DNA of 62,351 nucleotides, taken from the NCBI GenBank assembly GCA_045580505.1, contig JAZNNY010000037.1, positions 1 through 62,351 on the forward strand, read 5' to 3'. The position numbers were made by a program, and so were the translations under genes. Origin of the DNA: Lentihominibacter sp. GTDB lineage: Bacteria > Bacillota > Clostridia > Peptostreptococcales > Anaerovoracaceae. This document shows, one piece after another, positions 1 through 10,182 of this stretch (positions are counted from its first letter, which is position 1; each line of letters starts with the position of its first letter). The notes below the pieces were generated by a model, which saw nothing but the letters and a program-made list of their open reading frames with translations, was not told the DNA's origin and made no database searches.

Positions 1-11
1 CCCTCCCTTCC

Positions 12-333
12 CCATGTCGTTCTCTGAGCCAGGGAGTTGTGTGATGAAATTGTCTTCCTAAGACCGCTTGGCCCTCCGACTTCCCATCTTCTTCAAGTGG
101 CGGGATGAATTGCATAAAAAGCGCACAGCATAAAAAGAACACTTGTTCCTAAGTCGGATCGTAGCCATGTCGTTCTGTGAGCCAAGGAGTTGTGTGATGA
201 AATTGTCTTCCTAAGACCGCTTGGCCCTCCGACTTACTGAATCCATTATACCACGGTCTCACTTCAGGAACAAGTGTTCTTTTTATGCTGTGCACTTTTT
301 ATGCAATTCATCCCGCCACTTGAAGAAGATGGG
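12..333. repeat. Composite repeat A-B-A-spacer-B(inverted)
   Basis: 71-bp direct repeat at 12-82 and 165-235 (2 mismatches); 68-bp unit at 83-150 with an inverted copy at 266-333 (1 mismatch). Confidence 0.9.
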
Positions 334-347
334 GGATTTCTTGTTCA

Positions 348-584
348 CTATATGTTAAAATCCTCAGACGCACAAAGCCAGGTTTCATACTCCTTCCCTT
401 CGATCCGCCCCGTTCCGTGCAGGAGCCGGTAGTGCAGATGCGGGATCCCCAATATGCTGAGCAATCTGTCCGTGACAAGTTCATTCACACACTCATGCCC
501 CGTGATTCCGTGCACGCTGTCAAAGCAGGACAGTTTATAATATAATTTCTTCCCGTCTATCGTTTCCTGCAAAAAAGTTGACAT
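348..584 (-). pseudogene. Fragment of a HipA-like kinase-family protein
   Basis: YYKLS...GHECVNEL..DRLL..LGIPH..Y.L...C.SEDF resembles the N-lobe of HipA-like proteins; only 78 aa and ends at the repeat block. Confidence 0.45.
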
Positions 585-665
585 TCGTCAACCAATCAGG
601 TTGTCAATTGTCAACTATTTATTCACCAACTTGTTTCACGGCAGCGCCTTAGCGCGCACTGCCAC

Positions 666-1502
666 CTATCTTCTCGCCCCGATCCTGACCTCGGTCACGT
701 ACATGTCCTTACTGTTTGTGGTCCAGCAGTCGGTCACGTAGCGCTCCCAGGAATCCTCCGCCAGCTTATAGCCATGTTCCTTAGCGTAGCGCTCCATCTT
801 CGCGTAGGTCTCGCCGATCGCTTCGATCGGGCCGATGTGATAGCAGGACATCATCATCTCGCCGCCCATCTGCACCAGCTGCTCGGGCTTTGCCGGCAGG
901 ATCATCTTCTGCATGATGCGCATGTTCTTGCATTTACCGGCCAGGCGGTCCCGCCAGGAGGGGTAGGTGATGTTCACCGCTCCCGTAATGTCGTTGCCGA
1001 TCGACTCCAGATAATCCGTCCATTCCAGGTTGATGATGGCTTCCATCTCATCGGCGATGTATTCCTGGTCCATAAAGCCGTATTCCTTTGATTCCACGTA
1101 CTTCACGGACACATCCCTTGCATCGTTGTCGATCACGGTCTGCGCCTCCACCAGGAGCTCATACCAGTCCGTGACAGAGGTCAGCTTGACATTGACGGCC
1201 ATCTGCTCATCCTGCAGCTCGTTGATTTTCTCCAGGAACCCCCGCTCGATGATCCGGTACTCCTCACTGTTCAGGAGGTTTGTGATCTCCTGCAGCTTAA
1301 AGCCCATCTGCTTATAGTACTTGACGATGGTCAGGTTCAAAAGCGATTTCCTGGAATAGTAACGATAATGGGTTGACTCATCCACCTTGTCCGGACTGAT
1401 GATCCCGATCTCATCGTAAAACCTGAGTGCCTTCTTGGACACATTACAGATCTTGCTGACTTCTCCAATCGAATAGAGTTTCTCTCCGGCCCGTTCTTTC
1501 AT
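666..1502 (-). CDS. MerR-family transcriptional regulator with GyrI-like effector domain
   Basis: YSIGEVSK...ALRFYDEIG...YRYY HTH; C-terminal YHIGP...ERY...TEV. Confidence 0.9.
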   Translation of the reverse strand: MKERAGEKLYSIGEVSKICNVSKKALRFYDEIGIISPDKVDESTHYRYYSRKSLLNLTIVKYYKQMGFKLQEITNLLNSEEYRIIERGFLEKINELQDEQMAVNVKLTSVTDWYELLVEAQTVIDNDARDVSVKYVESKEYGFMDQEYIADEMEAIINLEWTDYLESIGNDITGAVNITYPSWRDRLAGKCKNMRIMQKMILPAKPEQLVQMGGEMMMSCYHIGPIEAIGETYAKMERYAKEHGYKLAEDSWERYVTDCWTTNSKDMYVTEVRIGARR

Positions 1503-1522
1503 CGTCTCTTTCCCCCGCTCTA

Positions 1523-2140
1523 CTATCTGCGCTGTGCTGCCTCCGCTGCCTCCAGACTGTCATACCCATAGAAGCTCACGAGTGACTTCTGGATCTCGAC
1601 TACTGGATTGTCTATCCTCTTCACATCCTGCAAAAGCAGGCCCAAGGTTGTTTCCGAATATGTTTTATACTCTCCGATGCTGTAATCTCTGATGGAGGTA
1701 TCTGCCTGACTCTGCTGCGCGGGCCGGCCTGCCTTTGCAAGATTCGGATAGGCCGAAGCATACTTCCGGTAGCCCAGCAGCTCTATGCTGACGATCTGCG
1801 CGATCAGCTGCGCCTTCTCCTCGGACAGCTGCGGCAGGTGCGCCTTCAGATTCGCTTCGTAGTAGGCCGGATCTGTGAACTCCATCATGTAGGCGTACTT
1901 CTCGGTGATCAGATTTCTTCCCGCCATCTGGGCCGCGATCAGGTCATTGCGGTAACTCTCCAGCGTCTCCGCCGACCAGGCGTGGTGCTGGCTGTAGCGG
2001 TTGGCATAGAAAGTGTCGAACTGGTCCTGGCAGGCCGCCCTGCCGCCGATGTTCTGCGTCTTCTGGAACATGGCCCATTCGCGGTTAATGATATCGTTTA
2101 TGACCGAATCCTTCGGGGTGTTGTTTCTGATCATGCTCAT
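1523..2140 (-). CDS. DUF4125-like protein
   Basis: EWAMFQ..QNIGGRA.CQD, GRNLITEKYAYMME, GE.KTYS motifs. Confidence 0.75.
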   Translation of the reverse strand: MSMIRNNTPKDSVINDIINREWAMFQKTQNIGGRAACQDQFDTFYANRYSQHHAWSAETLESYRNDLIAAQMAGRNLITEKYAYMMEFTDPAYYEANLKAHLPQLSEEKAQLIAQIVSIELLGYRKYASAYPNLAKAGRPAQQSQADTSIRDYSIGEYKTYSETTLGLLLQDVKRIDNPVVEIQKSLVSFYGYDSLEAAEAAQRR

Positions 2141-2158
2141 TGCTTGTCTCCTGTTTAA

Positions 2159-3094
2159 TCATTCCGCGTCTGCCATCACGTGCAGGCCGCGGATCTGGGG
2201 GTCTGCGATCCCGCCCATGATCGCCGGCAGGTGGCTCTGCAGGAAGGGATCCGTCGCATTCGAGAAGCCCTGCCTCTGCAGTTCGACTGCCACCGAGCCG
2301 CAGATGGACTCGATCAGGCTCTGCCGCTGCGGCGCCGTCTCCGGTCCGTTGCCCAGGGCAATCAGCTGGGACAGCTGCCGGGCCGGCTGCAGGCATGTAC
2401 CGAAGTCCTGCATCCCCCGGAAGGCCCATTTATAGAACGGCATATACTTGCGTTCCAGCAGATACAGCATCCCGAGCGCCGCGTTCACGAACTCCGCCTG
2501 AGCCAGGTAGGCCGCGTTCTGGTCTCCCCGGTTCATGCAGCGCGGGAAATTGTACTGCCCGCTCTGGGACATGACCGCTGCCCTTGCCGCCAGCTTCTTG
2601 CGGAGCACGTCCGCCGGATAGAACTGCTGCAGCCTGGTCCGGATCCGGGTGAATTCCCCTTCCGGGTCCGTGAAGACCTCGCCGTTGGTCGCAATCGAAA
2701 GGAACCGCTCCGGAATCCGCATCCATTCGAGGTTGGTCTGCGGCACATCCGTGCAATTGGTATACCTGGCGTAGAACCGGTCGATCGGAATCACGCCGAC
2801 ACGGCCCGCTCCCTCAGCGGTCTCCTGCCGTGCAAAGACCTGATAGCTCTTCGGCAGCGCCTCATAGGCGGCCTGCAGTTCGTTTCCGATCTCCTGAGCC
2901 GTCTTCCTGGTGATCCAGATGCAGAACCCCGGTCCGAAATCGTGGTCGCGGGAGATCTGATCGTCATAGCCGTAGCACTCGGATCCCTCTCCGACCAGGC
3001 CGAACGCCATCTTATCCGCATACTGCGGAAATCTCTGGCGGATCTGATCTGCGTATTCGTTGTAATAGCCCTTGGCGAGCTCCATTCCGTTCAT
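2159..3094 (-). CDS. DUF4037-like protein (possible nucleotidyltransferase fold)
   Basis: GLVGEGSECYGYDD.IS.DHDFGPGFC; GQYN..RC; PFYKW. Confidence 0.75.
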   Translation of the reverse strand: MNGMELAKGYYNEYADQIRQRFPQYADKMAFGLVGEGSECYGYDDQISRDHDFGPGFCIWITRKTAQEIGNELQAAYEALPKSYQVFARQETAEGAGRVGVIPIDRFYARYTNCTDVPQTNLEWMRIPERFLSIATNGEVFTDPEGEFTRIRTRLQQFYPADVLRKKLAARAAVMSQSGQYNFPRCMNRGDQNAAYLAQAEFVNAALGMLYLLERKYMPFYKWAFRGMQDFGTCLQPARQLSQLIALGNGPETAPQRQSLIESICGSVAVELQRQGFSNATDPFLQSHLPAIMGGIADPQIRGLHVMADAE

Positions 3095-3888
3095 TAGATC
3101 TGCTCCCTTACTGTCTCCAGGTTTTTCTGCATCATTTCATAGAACTGATTGCGGCCGTAATCCCGCTCGATCAGCTCCATTGCCTTCTCGAAGTACGGCG
3201 CAGCCTCCGCCGGCTTCTTCCAGAAGTAGTACAGGTTACCCATGGCAGCGTTCGCCGCCGCGTAATGAGTATCCCTTCCCTGCGTCTCGATCTCATAGAT
3301 GGAAAGCGACAGTTCCAGCGAGTTCCTCGCGTCCTCAAACTTCTCCAGTCTGGTCTGGACTTCACCCAGGTTGATCAGACTGGTCGCCATTTCGATCTTG
3401 TTCTCCGGCATCTGTGCGATGATCGCGATGGACTTCATTGCAGCCTCTTCCGCTGCCGCAAACTCTTCCTTCTGCCGATAAGCTGCGCTGAGATTATTGC
3501 AGAGCGCCGCCATCCGGTAATCATTGTTCATGCCTCTGTAGGCCAGAATCTGCTCCGCTGTCTTAAACATCTGCAGTGCCGTATCCAGATCGCCGGCCAC
3601 CATCAGAACGTTAGCTCCGTTCTGCAGCGCAACTGCGAAGTTCTCCGTCGTCTCCTGCCCCATGTTCTTCAGCACCTGCAGCACATTCTGCGACAGCCTG
3701 ATGGCATCGTCCACCTTGCCGGATGCCCGGTAAAAGCCCGCGAGTTCATTGCTGACCGCCACGATCGCCGCCGGATCATCATCCGTCCTCGCCCTGGTCA
3801 GTGAATCCTCCAGGTACTTCTCGATCGCTGCCGTATCATGTCCGGCAAACAGCTCATCCAGTTTCGTATAAAAATCAGCTACGTTCAT
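3094..3888 (-). CDS. Tetratricopeptide-repeat protein
   Basis: Repeated A.SL.NLG/A..NNL helical units; stop abuts the next start; AGGAG RBS. Confidence 0.85.
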   Translation of the reverse strand: MNVADFYTKLDELFAGHDTAAIEKYLEDSLTRARTDDDPAAIVAVSNELAGFYRASGKVDDAIRLSQNVLQVLKNMGQETTENFAVALQNGANVLMVAGDLDTALQMFKTAEQILAYRGMNNDYRMAALCNNLSAAYRQKEEFAAAEEAAMKSIAIIAQMPENKIEMATSLINLGEVQTRLEKFEDARNSLELSLSIYEIETQGRDTHYAAANAAMGNLYYFWKKPAEAAPYFEKAMELIERDYGRNQFYEMMQKNLETVREQI

Positions 3889-4088
3889 CTGTTATCTCCT
3901 TCTTATTATCTCTCTGAATTCTCTCGGTTGGTCATATTCACATATCTATACATAGTCTATTATCCCACAAATCTCCGGAATTACAAGGGGTTTTGCATTT
4001 GTTACGGCGAGCTTCCCGGTAATGACGCCTATATGAATACCCTTGGAACGTACCTAAGAGCTCGAACATCCAATGACGTACGTCACCC

Positions 4089-4292
4089 TGTGTAAACAAT
4101 CGGCACGAGTCAGGTGTTTTTCACAGGGCCCCACCTGCGGCCGGGGTTTCAAGTCCAGAATGTGAAAAACTGATTTCGCGGACAAAGGTTTTTACACAAA
4201 GAATCCCCCCAGGAAGCCCTCCGGAATGGTGATCATCTGTAGATTCTCCATTTCTTGTGTAAACCAGCTTCGCTCAGAAAATTGTTTTCACA
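4089..4292. repeat. Three 37-38 bp boxes TGTG(T/A)AAA-N-TTT(T/A)CACA
   Basis: Boxes at 4089-4125, 4161-4198 (inverted) and 4256-4292 with unrelated interiors. Confidence 0.6.
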
Positions 4293-4439
4293 AAAAGCCC
4301 TGTTTGTGAGCCTGTCAATCCGAGTGACGTGCTCGATGCGCCGGGAGAGAGCATAGCGGGAATCAGGATTCTGTGGTAAGATACTTGGTGTGTGGTCCAT
4401 CACCAGATACTGACCGCGCTGAAGAAAGGAAGCGGTAAA

Positions 4440-5774
4440 ATGGATTATATAAATGAATACAGGAATAAACTGCGTACTCCCCAGGAAGCCGTAAAGGTGG
4501 TCAAAAGCGGAGACTGGATCGACTATTCCACCAGCCTTGGTTTCCCGGAACTACTGGACGCGGCCCTGGCTGAACGGGCTGAAGAGCTGACCGGTGTGAA
4601 AATCAGGGGCAATCTCATCTTCTCACCCCTTCGGACGGTGGAAACGGACCCCCATCGGGAGCACTTCATTTACAACAGCTGGCACTGTTCCGCGTATGAA
4701 CGCAAGCTGTGCGATCAGGGCCTCTGCAATTTCATTCCCATGATATTCCGGAATCTGGTTCCCTACTACCGTCATTTTCTCACCGTCAATGTGGCCATGT
4801 GCGCGGCGACGCCCATGGACCGGCACGGATACTTCAATCTCTCGGTAGCATCCGGCGTGGCAAAGGGCATTCTTGAGACCGCAGATGTGGTCATTCTGGA
4901 GATCAACGAGCGGCTGCCCAAGGTGTGCGGCGGTTTCGGCCAGGCGATTCACATCTCGGATGTGGACATCATCGTGGAAGGGGAACACGGCCCCCTGCCA
5001 ACGGTGCCCATGCATCCGGAAACTGCAGAAGATCGAGCCATCGCCCAGGAAATCATCACTATGATTCCCGATGGCGCTACCCTTCAGTTCGGCATCGGCG
5101 GCATGCCCAACGTACTTGGGAGCATGCTGGCGCACTCTGACCTCAAAGATCTGGGAATGCACACGGAGCTCTGCTCAGACGCCTATGTTTCCCTGACCGA
5201 AGCCGGCAAGCTCAACAATGCAAAAAAAAGTTTCATGCCGGGCATCGGTGTGACCGGCATGGCATTTGGTACAGAAAAGGTCTATGATTTTGTAGATGAA
5301 AATCCCGGCGTTGCCTTCATGCCTCTTGAACTGGTGAATTCACCCGAGACCATCAGCAGAATCGACAACATGATCTCCATCAACAACTGCATCGCCGTAG
5401 ACCTGTTCGGACAGGTCAGCGCCGAGAGCGTTGGCATGCGTAAGATCAGCGGCACCGGCGGACAGCTGGACTACCTCACCGGAGCAGCCATGTCCAGAGG
5501 CGGCAAGGCCTTCCTATGCATGACCTCCACCTACCGTGAAAAAAGCGGCCGCCTTCGTTCTCGGATCGTCCCCACCTTCAATGGAGACATCGTCACCGAT
5601 CCCCGCAGTCAGGCCTACTACATGGTCACCGAATACGGCATGGTCAACCTGGTAGGCCGCAGCACCTGGGAACGGGCAGAACTACTCATCTCCATCGCCC
5701 ACCCCAACTTCCGGGATCAGTTGATCCGGGAAGCCGAGGAGCACGGCATATGGATCCAGTCGAATAAGAGATAA
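4440..5774 (+). CDS. Acetyl-CoA hydrolase/transferase family, butyryl-CoA:acetate CoA-transferase-like
   Basis: EY..KL.TP.EAVKVVKSGDW.DY, LQFGIGGMPN, DLG.HTE, ISGTGGQLD, LISIAHP.FR; ATG 4440 follows AAAGGA. Confidence 0.85.
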   Translation: MDYINEYRNKLRTPQEAVKVVKSGDWIDYSTSLGFPELLDAALAERAEELTGVKIRGNLIFSPLRTVETDPHREHFIYNSWHCSAYERKLCDQGLCNFIPMIFRNLVPYYRHFLTVNVAMCAATPMDRHGYFNLSVASGVAKGILETADVVILEINERLPKVCGGFGQAIHISDVDIIVEGEHGPLPTVPMHPETAEDRAIAQEIITMIPDGATLQFGIGGMPNVLGSMLAHSDLKDLGMHTELCSDAYVSLTEAGKLNNAKKSFMPGIGVTGMAFGTEKVYDFVDENPGVAFMPLELVNSPETISRIDNMISINNCIAVDLFGQVSAESVGMRKISGTGGQLDYLTGAAMSRGGKAFLCMTSTYREKSGRLRSRIVPTFNGDIVTDPRSQAYYMVTEYGMVNLVGRSTWERAELLISIAHPNFRDQLIREAEEHGIWIQSNKR

Positions 5775-5837
5775 GGTTTTGTAGCCGGCGACTACAATCT
5801 GTCCCCACTCGGGGGCAGGACCTCGCCGAACCAGATC

Positions 5838-5902
5838 AAAATAAAAAATGTCATGATTTCGGGGCTCCTCTCGGGCCTTCAATCATGACATTTTCATTTT
5901 TT
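5838..5902. terminator. Bidirectional intrinsic terminator
   Basis: AAAATGTCATGATT...AATCATGACATTTT stem with A/T tracts, between convergent genes. Confidence 0.75.
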
Positions 5903-5985
5903 AATTAGGTAGCGCCCCCTGCGCCCTTCGGGCTCGGCGGCAATACGCTCGCCGATTCTCTGTCTGGCTTCGCCAGACCGGCTCG

Positions 5986-7638
<1,653 letters not shown>

Positions 7639-7652
7639 TTATTATAACTATC

Positions 7653-7931
7653 TTATTCAACGATCGCCAGGATGTCTCTCTGGCTCATGATCATGACTTC
7701 TTCACCATTGAACTTGACATCTGTTCCGGCATACTTGGAGAAGATTACCTTGTCTCCAACCTTCACTTCCATCTTCTCATCTTCCGTTCCCGGACCTACT
7801 GCCAGGACCTCAGCCATCTGCGGCTTCTCCTGTGCGGAGCCCGGCAGAACGATTCCGCTGGCCGTCTTCTCTTCAGCGACCATTTCCTTGATAACTACTC
7901 TTGTGCCAAGCGGCTTGATTCCATAACTCAT
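7653..7931 (-). CDS. groS: Co-chaperonin GroES
   Basis: IKPLG.RV, TASGIVLP, VLAVGPG, KYAGT. Confidence 0.99.
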   Translation of the reverse strand: MSYGIKPLGTRVVIKEMVAEEKTASGIVLPGSAQEKPQMAEVLAVGPGTEDEKMEVKVGDKVIFSKYAGTDVKFNGEEVMIMSQRDILAIVE

Positions 7932-7985
7932 CGTGTCATCTCCTTTTACTTTAATAATGAGCCTTAACGGCTCTTTCTTTCTTTG

Positions 7986-8012
7986 TTAGCACTCAATTCT
8001 CCCGAGTGCTAA
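7986..8012. promoter_or_regulatory. CIRCE element (HrcA operator)
   Basis: Perfect TTAGCACTC-N9-GAGTGCTAA upstream of groES. Confidence 0.98.
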
Positions 8013-8016
8013 CTAT

Positions 8017-8045
8017 AATTTACAGCAGTCCACTGCCTTTGTCAA
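8017..8045 (-). promoter_or_regulatory. Sigma-A promoter of groESL
   Basis: TTGACA-N17-TAAATT just upstream of CIRCE. Confidence 0.75.
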
Positions 8046-8073
8046 CCTCTTTTTTCGGGAATACGGGGATTTT

Positions 8074-8095
8074 GCAAAGGCAGGCCTGCCTTTGC
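8074..8095. repeat. Perfect 22-bp palindrome made of two copies of the over-represented motif
   Basis: GCAAAGGCAGGCCTGCCTTTGC directly after the stop codon at 8099. Confidence 0.9.
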
Positions 8096-8098
8096 TCA

Positions 8099-8914
8099 CT
8101 AGACCAGTTTCCGAACGTCCAGATCGACCTTCGTGATGTTGAACATGGTCATCTCTTCGATCTGGTGGGCCACCCGTCTCTGGAAGGCTTCAGCCTTGGC
8201 GGGCAGGTCCGGTCCGTACTTGAGGTCGGCCAGGATGTAGAGTTCCATGCCCTCGCCCTTCTCGATCCTCTCGCCGCGCACGATGACCTTCTCCAGGTGG
8301 CTGACCGTGCCCAGTTCCTGCTTCACGCAGGCCGCGATATCGGCCATGACCTTCTCGGAGATCTCATAGCCGCCCAGGTAGCTGTAGGTGGGACGGACTA
8401 CGGACTTCTCGGCAGTCTCCTTCCAGGGGGACAGCCCCTTCAGCACCTTCATGGGCGACATGAAGTAGCCGGAGAACTGCCTTTTCAGCTGGAAGGTGGG
8501 GGCCGGAATGACGTGCTCCCCCATCTCGTGCCGCTGCTTGTAGGCGATCTCCCGTTCCGACTCGGTCGTGATGTCTTCTATATAGATGCGCTCGTCGATC
8601 TCGTGCAGGCCGAGCCGTGCTGCGATCTTTTCAACCATCCGGTCCGAGGTGCCGATGACGAGCAGGGTCTCAGGATCCGCCTTCGCGATCGCCTCCCGCA
8701 CGCTCTCCATATGGTCGTCCTCATGGAAGAGCGCCGTTCGAACCGCCGCGATCTTGGTCGCCTGCCGCTTGGCCGAGATGCCGGCGAGCACGGTGTTGTG
8801 GCAGATAAATAATCCGTCATCGATGATGCTCTCTATATTTTTTTCCTTGCAAAGGTTGACCGCCTGAAAGCTCTTGCCTGTACCGCTCTTGCCGACCAGC
8901 GCGAATATTTTCAT
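8099..8914 (-). CDS. P-loop protein with C-terminal Asp23/Gls24-like domain
   Basis: GKSGTGKS Walker A, IIDDGL, KSVVRPTYSYLG. Confidence 0.7.
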   Translation of the reverse strand: MKIFALVGKSGTGKSFQAVNLCKEKNIESIIDDGLFICHNTVLAGISAKRQATKIAAVRTALFHEDDHMESVREAIAKADPETLLVIGTSDRMVEKIAARLGLHEIDERIYIEDITTESEREIAYKQRHEMGEHVIPAPTFQLKRQFSGYFMSPMKVLKGLSPWKETAEKSVVRPTYSYLGGYEISEKVMADIAACVKQELGTVSHLEKVIVRGERIEKGEGMELYILADLKYGPDLPAKAEAFQRRVAHQIEEMTMFNITKVDLDVRKLV

Positions 8915-9018
8915 AATGTTGACCTCATCCTTATCTCCCCGAGTGTTAGTCTTGTCTTACAAGGGAGACGTCTGCTATAATCCATTTATCAGTAATAAAT
9001 ATCAAAGGAGGATATATT

Positions 9019-9189
9019 ATGGCTTATGTAATTAGCGACGACTGCATTAACTGCGGAGCTTGCATCGAAGAATGTCCGGTAGAGGCTATCACAGCTGGCG
9101 ACGACAAGCACGTAATCGATCCTGATACTTGCATCGATTGTGGCGCTTGCGCTGGAGTTTGCCCGGTAGACGCACCGCAGGAAGGCTAA
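9019..9189 (+). CDS. fdx: Clostridial-type 2[4Fe-4S] ferredoxin (56 aa, absent from the ORF track)
   Basis: Manual translation MAYVISDDCINCGACIEECPVEAITAGDDKHVIDPDTCIDCGACAGVCPVDAPQEG; AAGGAGG RBS; TATAAT upstream. Confidence 0.97.
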   Translation: MAYVISDDCINCGACIEECPVEAITAGDDKHVIDPDTCIDCGACAGVCPVDAPQEG

Positions 9190-9216
9190 ACGACAGTTTA
9201 TCAATCCTAAGGAATT

Positions 9217-9251
9217 AATAACCGTTTCGCAATGAAACGGTTATTTTCTTT
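9217..9251. terminator. Intrinsic terminator between fdx and rex
   Basis: AATAACCGTTTC-GCAAT-GAAACGGTTATT followed by a T-rich tail. Confidence 0.8.
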
Positions 9252-9274
9252 GCCGGAATTCTTCGTCCGCCACT

Positions 9275-9916
9275 CTATTTCTCGTTGTTCTTCTTGTTCA
9301 TGTGGTAAGCCAGAGAGTGCAGGCTGTCGCTGATGTGCACATTCTCCACCGCGACATGCGACGGAGTCTCGATGTCCACCGGCGCAAAATTCCACAGACC
9401 GTCCACGCCCGCGAAGCACAGCTTGTCCGCCACTTCCTGGGCCGCGTCCTTGGTCGTGCAGATGACGCCGATATCGATGTTCTCCTGCTCCACGAACTCT
9501 ACGATGTTCTCGTAGTCCATGACCTCAACGCCGTTGATCGTCGTTCCGATCAGCTTGGGATCGACTTCAAAGATCCCGGTGACGATGAAGCCCGTCTTGT
9601 AATAATATGTATGATTGACGATTGCCTGCCCCAGATGTCCTGCGCCGACCACGACCATCTTGTATCCCCGGTCCAGACCGAGAATCGCACTGATCTCATT
9701 GTACAGTCCCTCGACGCTGTAGCCGTAGCCCTGCTGCCCGAATCCGCCAAAATTATTCAGGTCCTGCCGGATCTGAGACGCCGTGTAACCGATCAGATGG
9801 CTGAACTCACTGGAGGAGATCTTGTCGACTCCCTTCTTTCTCAGTTCATTCAGGTATCTGCGGTATCTTGGCAGCCGCTTGATGACGGCATTGGATATCT
9901 TCGTCTGTTTTGCCAT
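9275..9916 (-). CDS. rex: Redox-sensing repressor Rex
   Basis: RLPRY.RYL, QIRQDL..FG.FG..G.GY, VGAG.LG, WNFAP. Confidence 0.97.
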   Translation of the reverse strand: MAKQTKISNAVIKRLPRYRRYLNELRKKGVDKISSSEFSHLIGYTASQIRQDLNNFGGFGQQGYGYSVEGLYNEISAILGLDRGYKMVVVGAGHLGQAIVNHTYYYKTGFIVTGIFEVDPKLIGTTINGVEVMDYENIVEFVEQENIDIGVICTTKDAAQEVADKLCFAGVDGLWNFAPVDIETPSHVAVENVHISDSLHSLAYHMNKKNNEK

Positions 9917-9918
9917 GG

Positions 9919-10146
9919 TTATTTCCTTGCTTCTACATATTCCACCATGTCTCTGACGGTCCGGAATTTCTCCGCGTCCTCGTCAGGGATCTCAATATCG
10001 AATTCTTCCTCGACCGCCATGATGATCTCGACCGCGTCCAGCGAATCGGCCTCCAGATCCTTCATGAGGTCGGAATCTATGTCTACGAGTTCCGGATCAA
10101 TGCTGAGCTGATCAACGACGAACTCTTTGACTTTCTCCAGCACCAT
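9919..10146 (-). CDS. acpP: Acyl carrier protein
   Basis: [11 protein letters not shown] phosphopantetheine motif; start could be GTG 10155. Confidence 0.95.
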   Translation of the reverse strand: MVLEKVKEFVVDQLSIDPELVDIDSDLMKDLEADSLDAVEIIMAVEEEFDIEIPDEDAEKFRTVRDMVEYVEARK

Positions 10147-10182
10147 TTCTCTCACACCTCCACAATTAACGAATTAATTCTA

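Noticed and set aside
5910-5985. Small GC hairpins after groEL (GCCC-TTCG-GGCT, TCTGGC-TTC-GCCAGA)
   Set aside because: Probably a REP-like or mRNA-stabilising element; single occurrence here, too little evidence to classify.
8989-9204. 71-aa minus-strand ORF in the track
   Set aside because: It is antisense to the real ferredoxin gene at 9019-9189.
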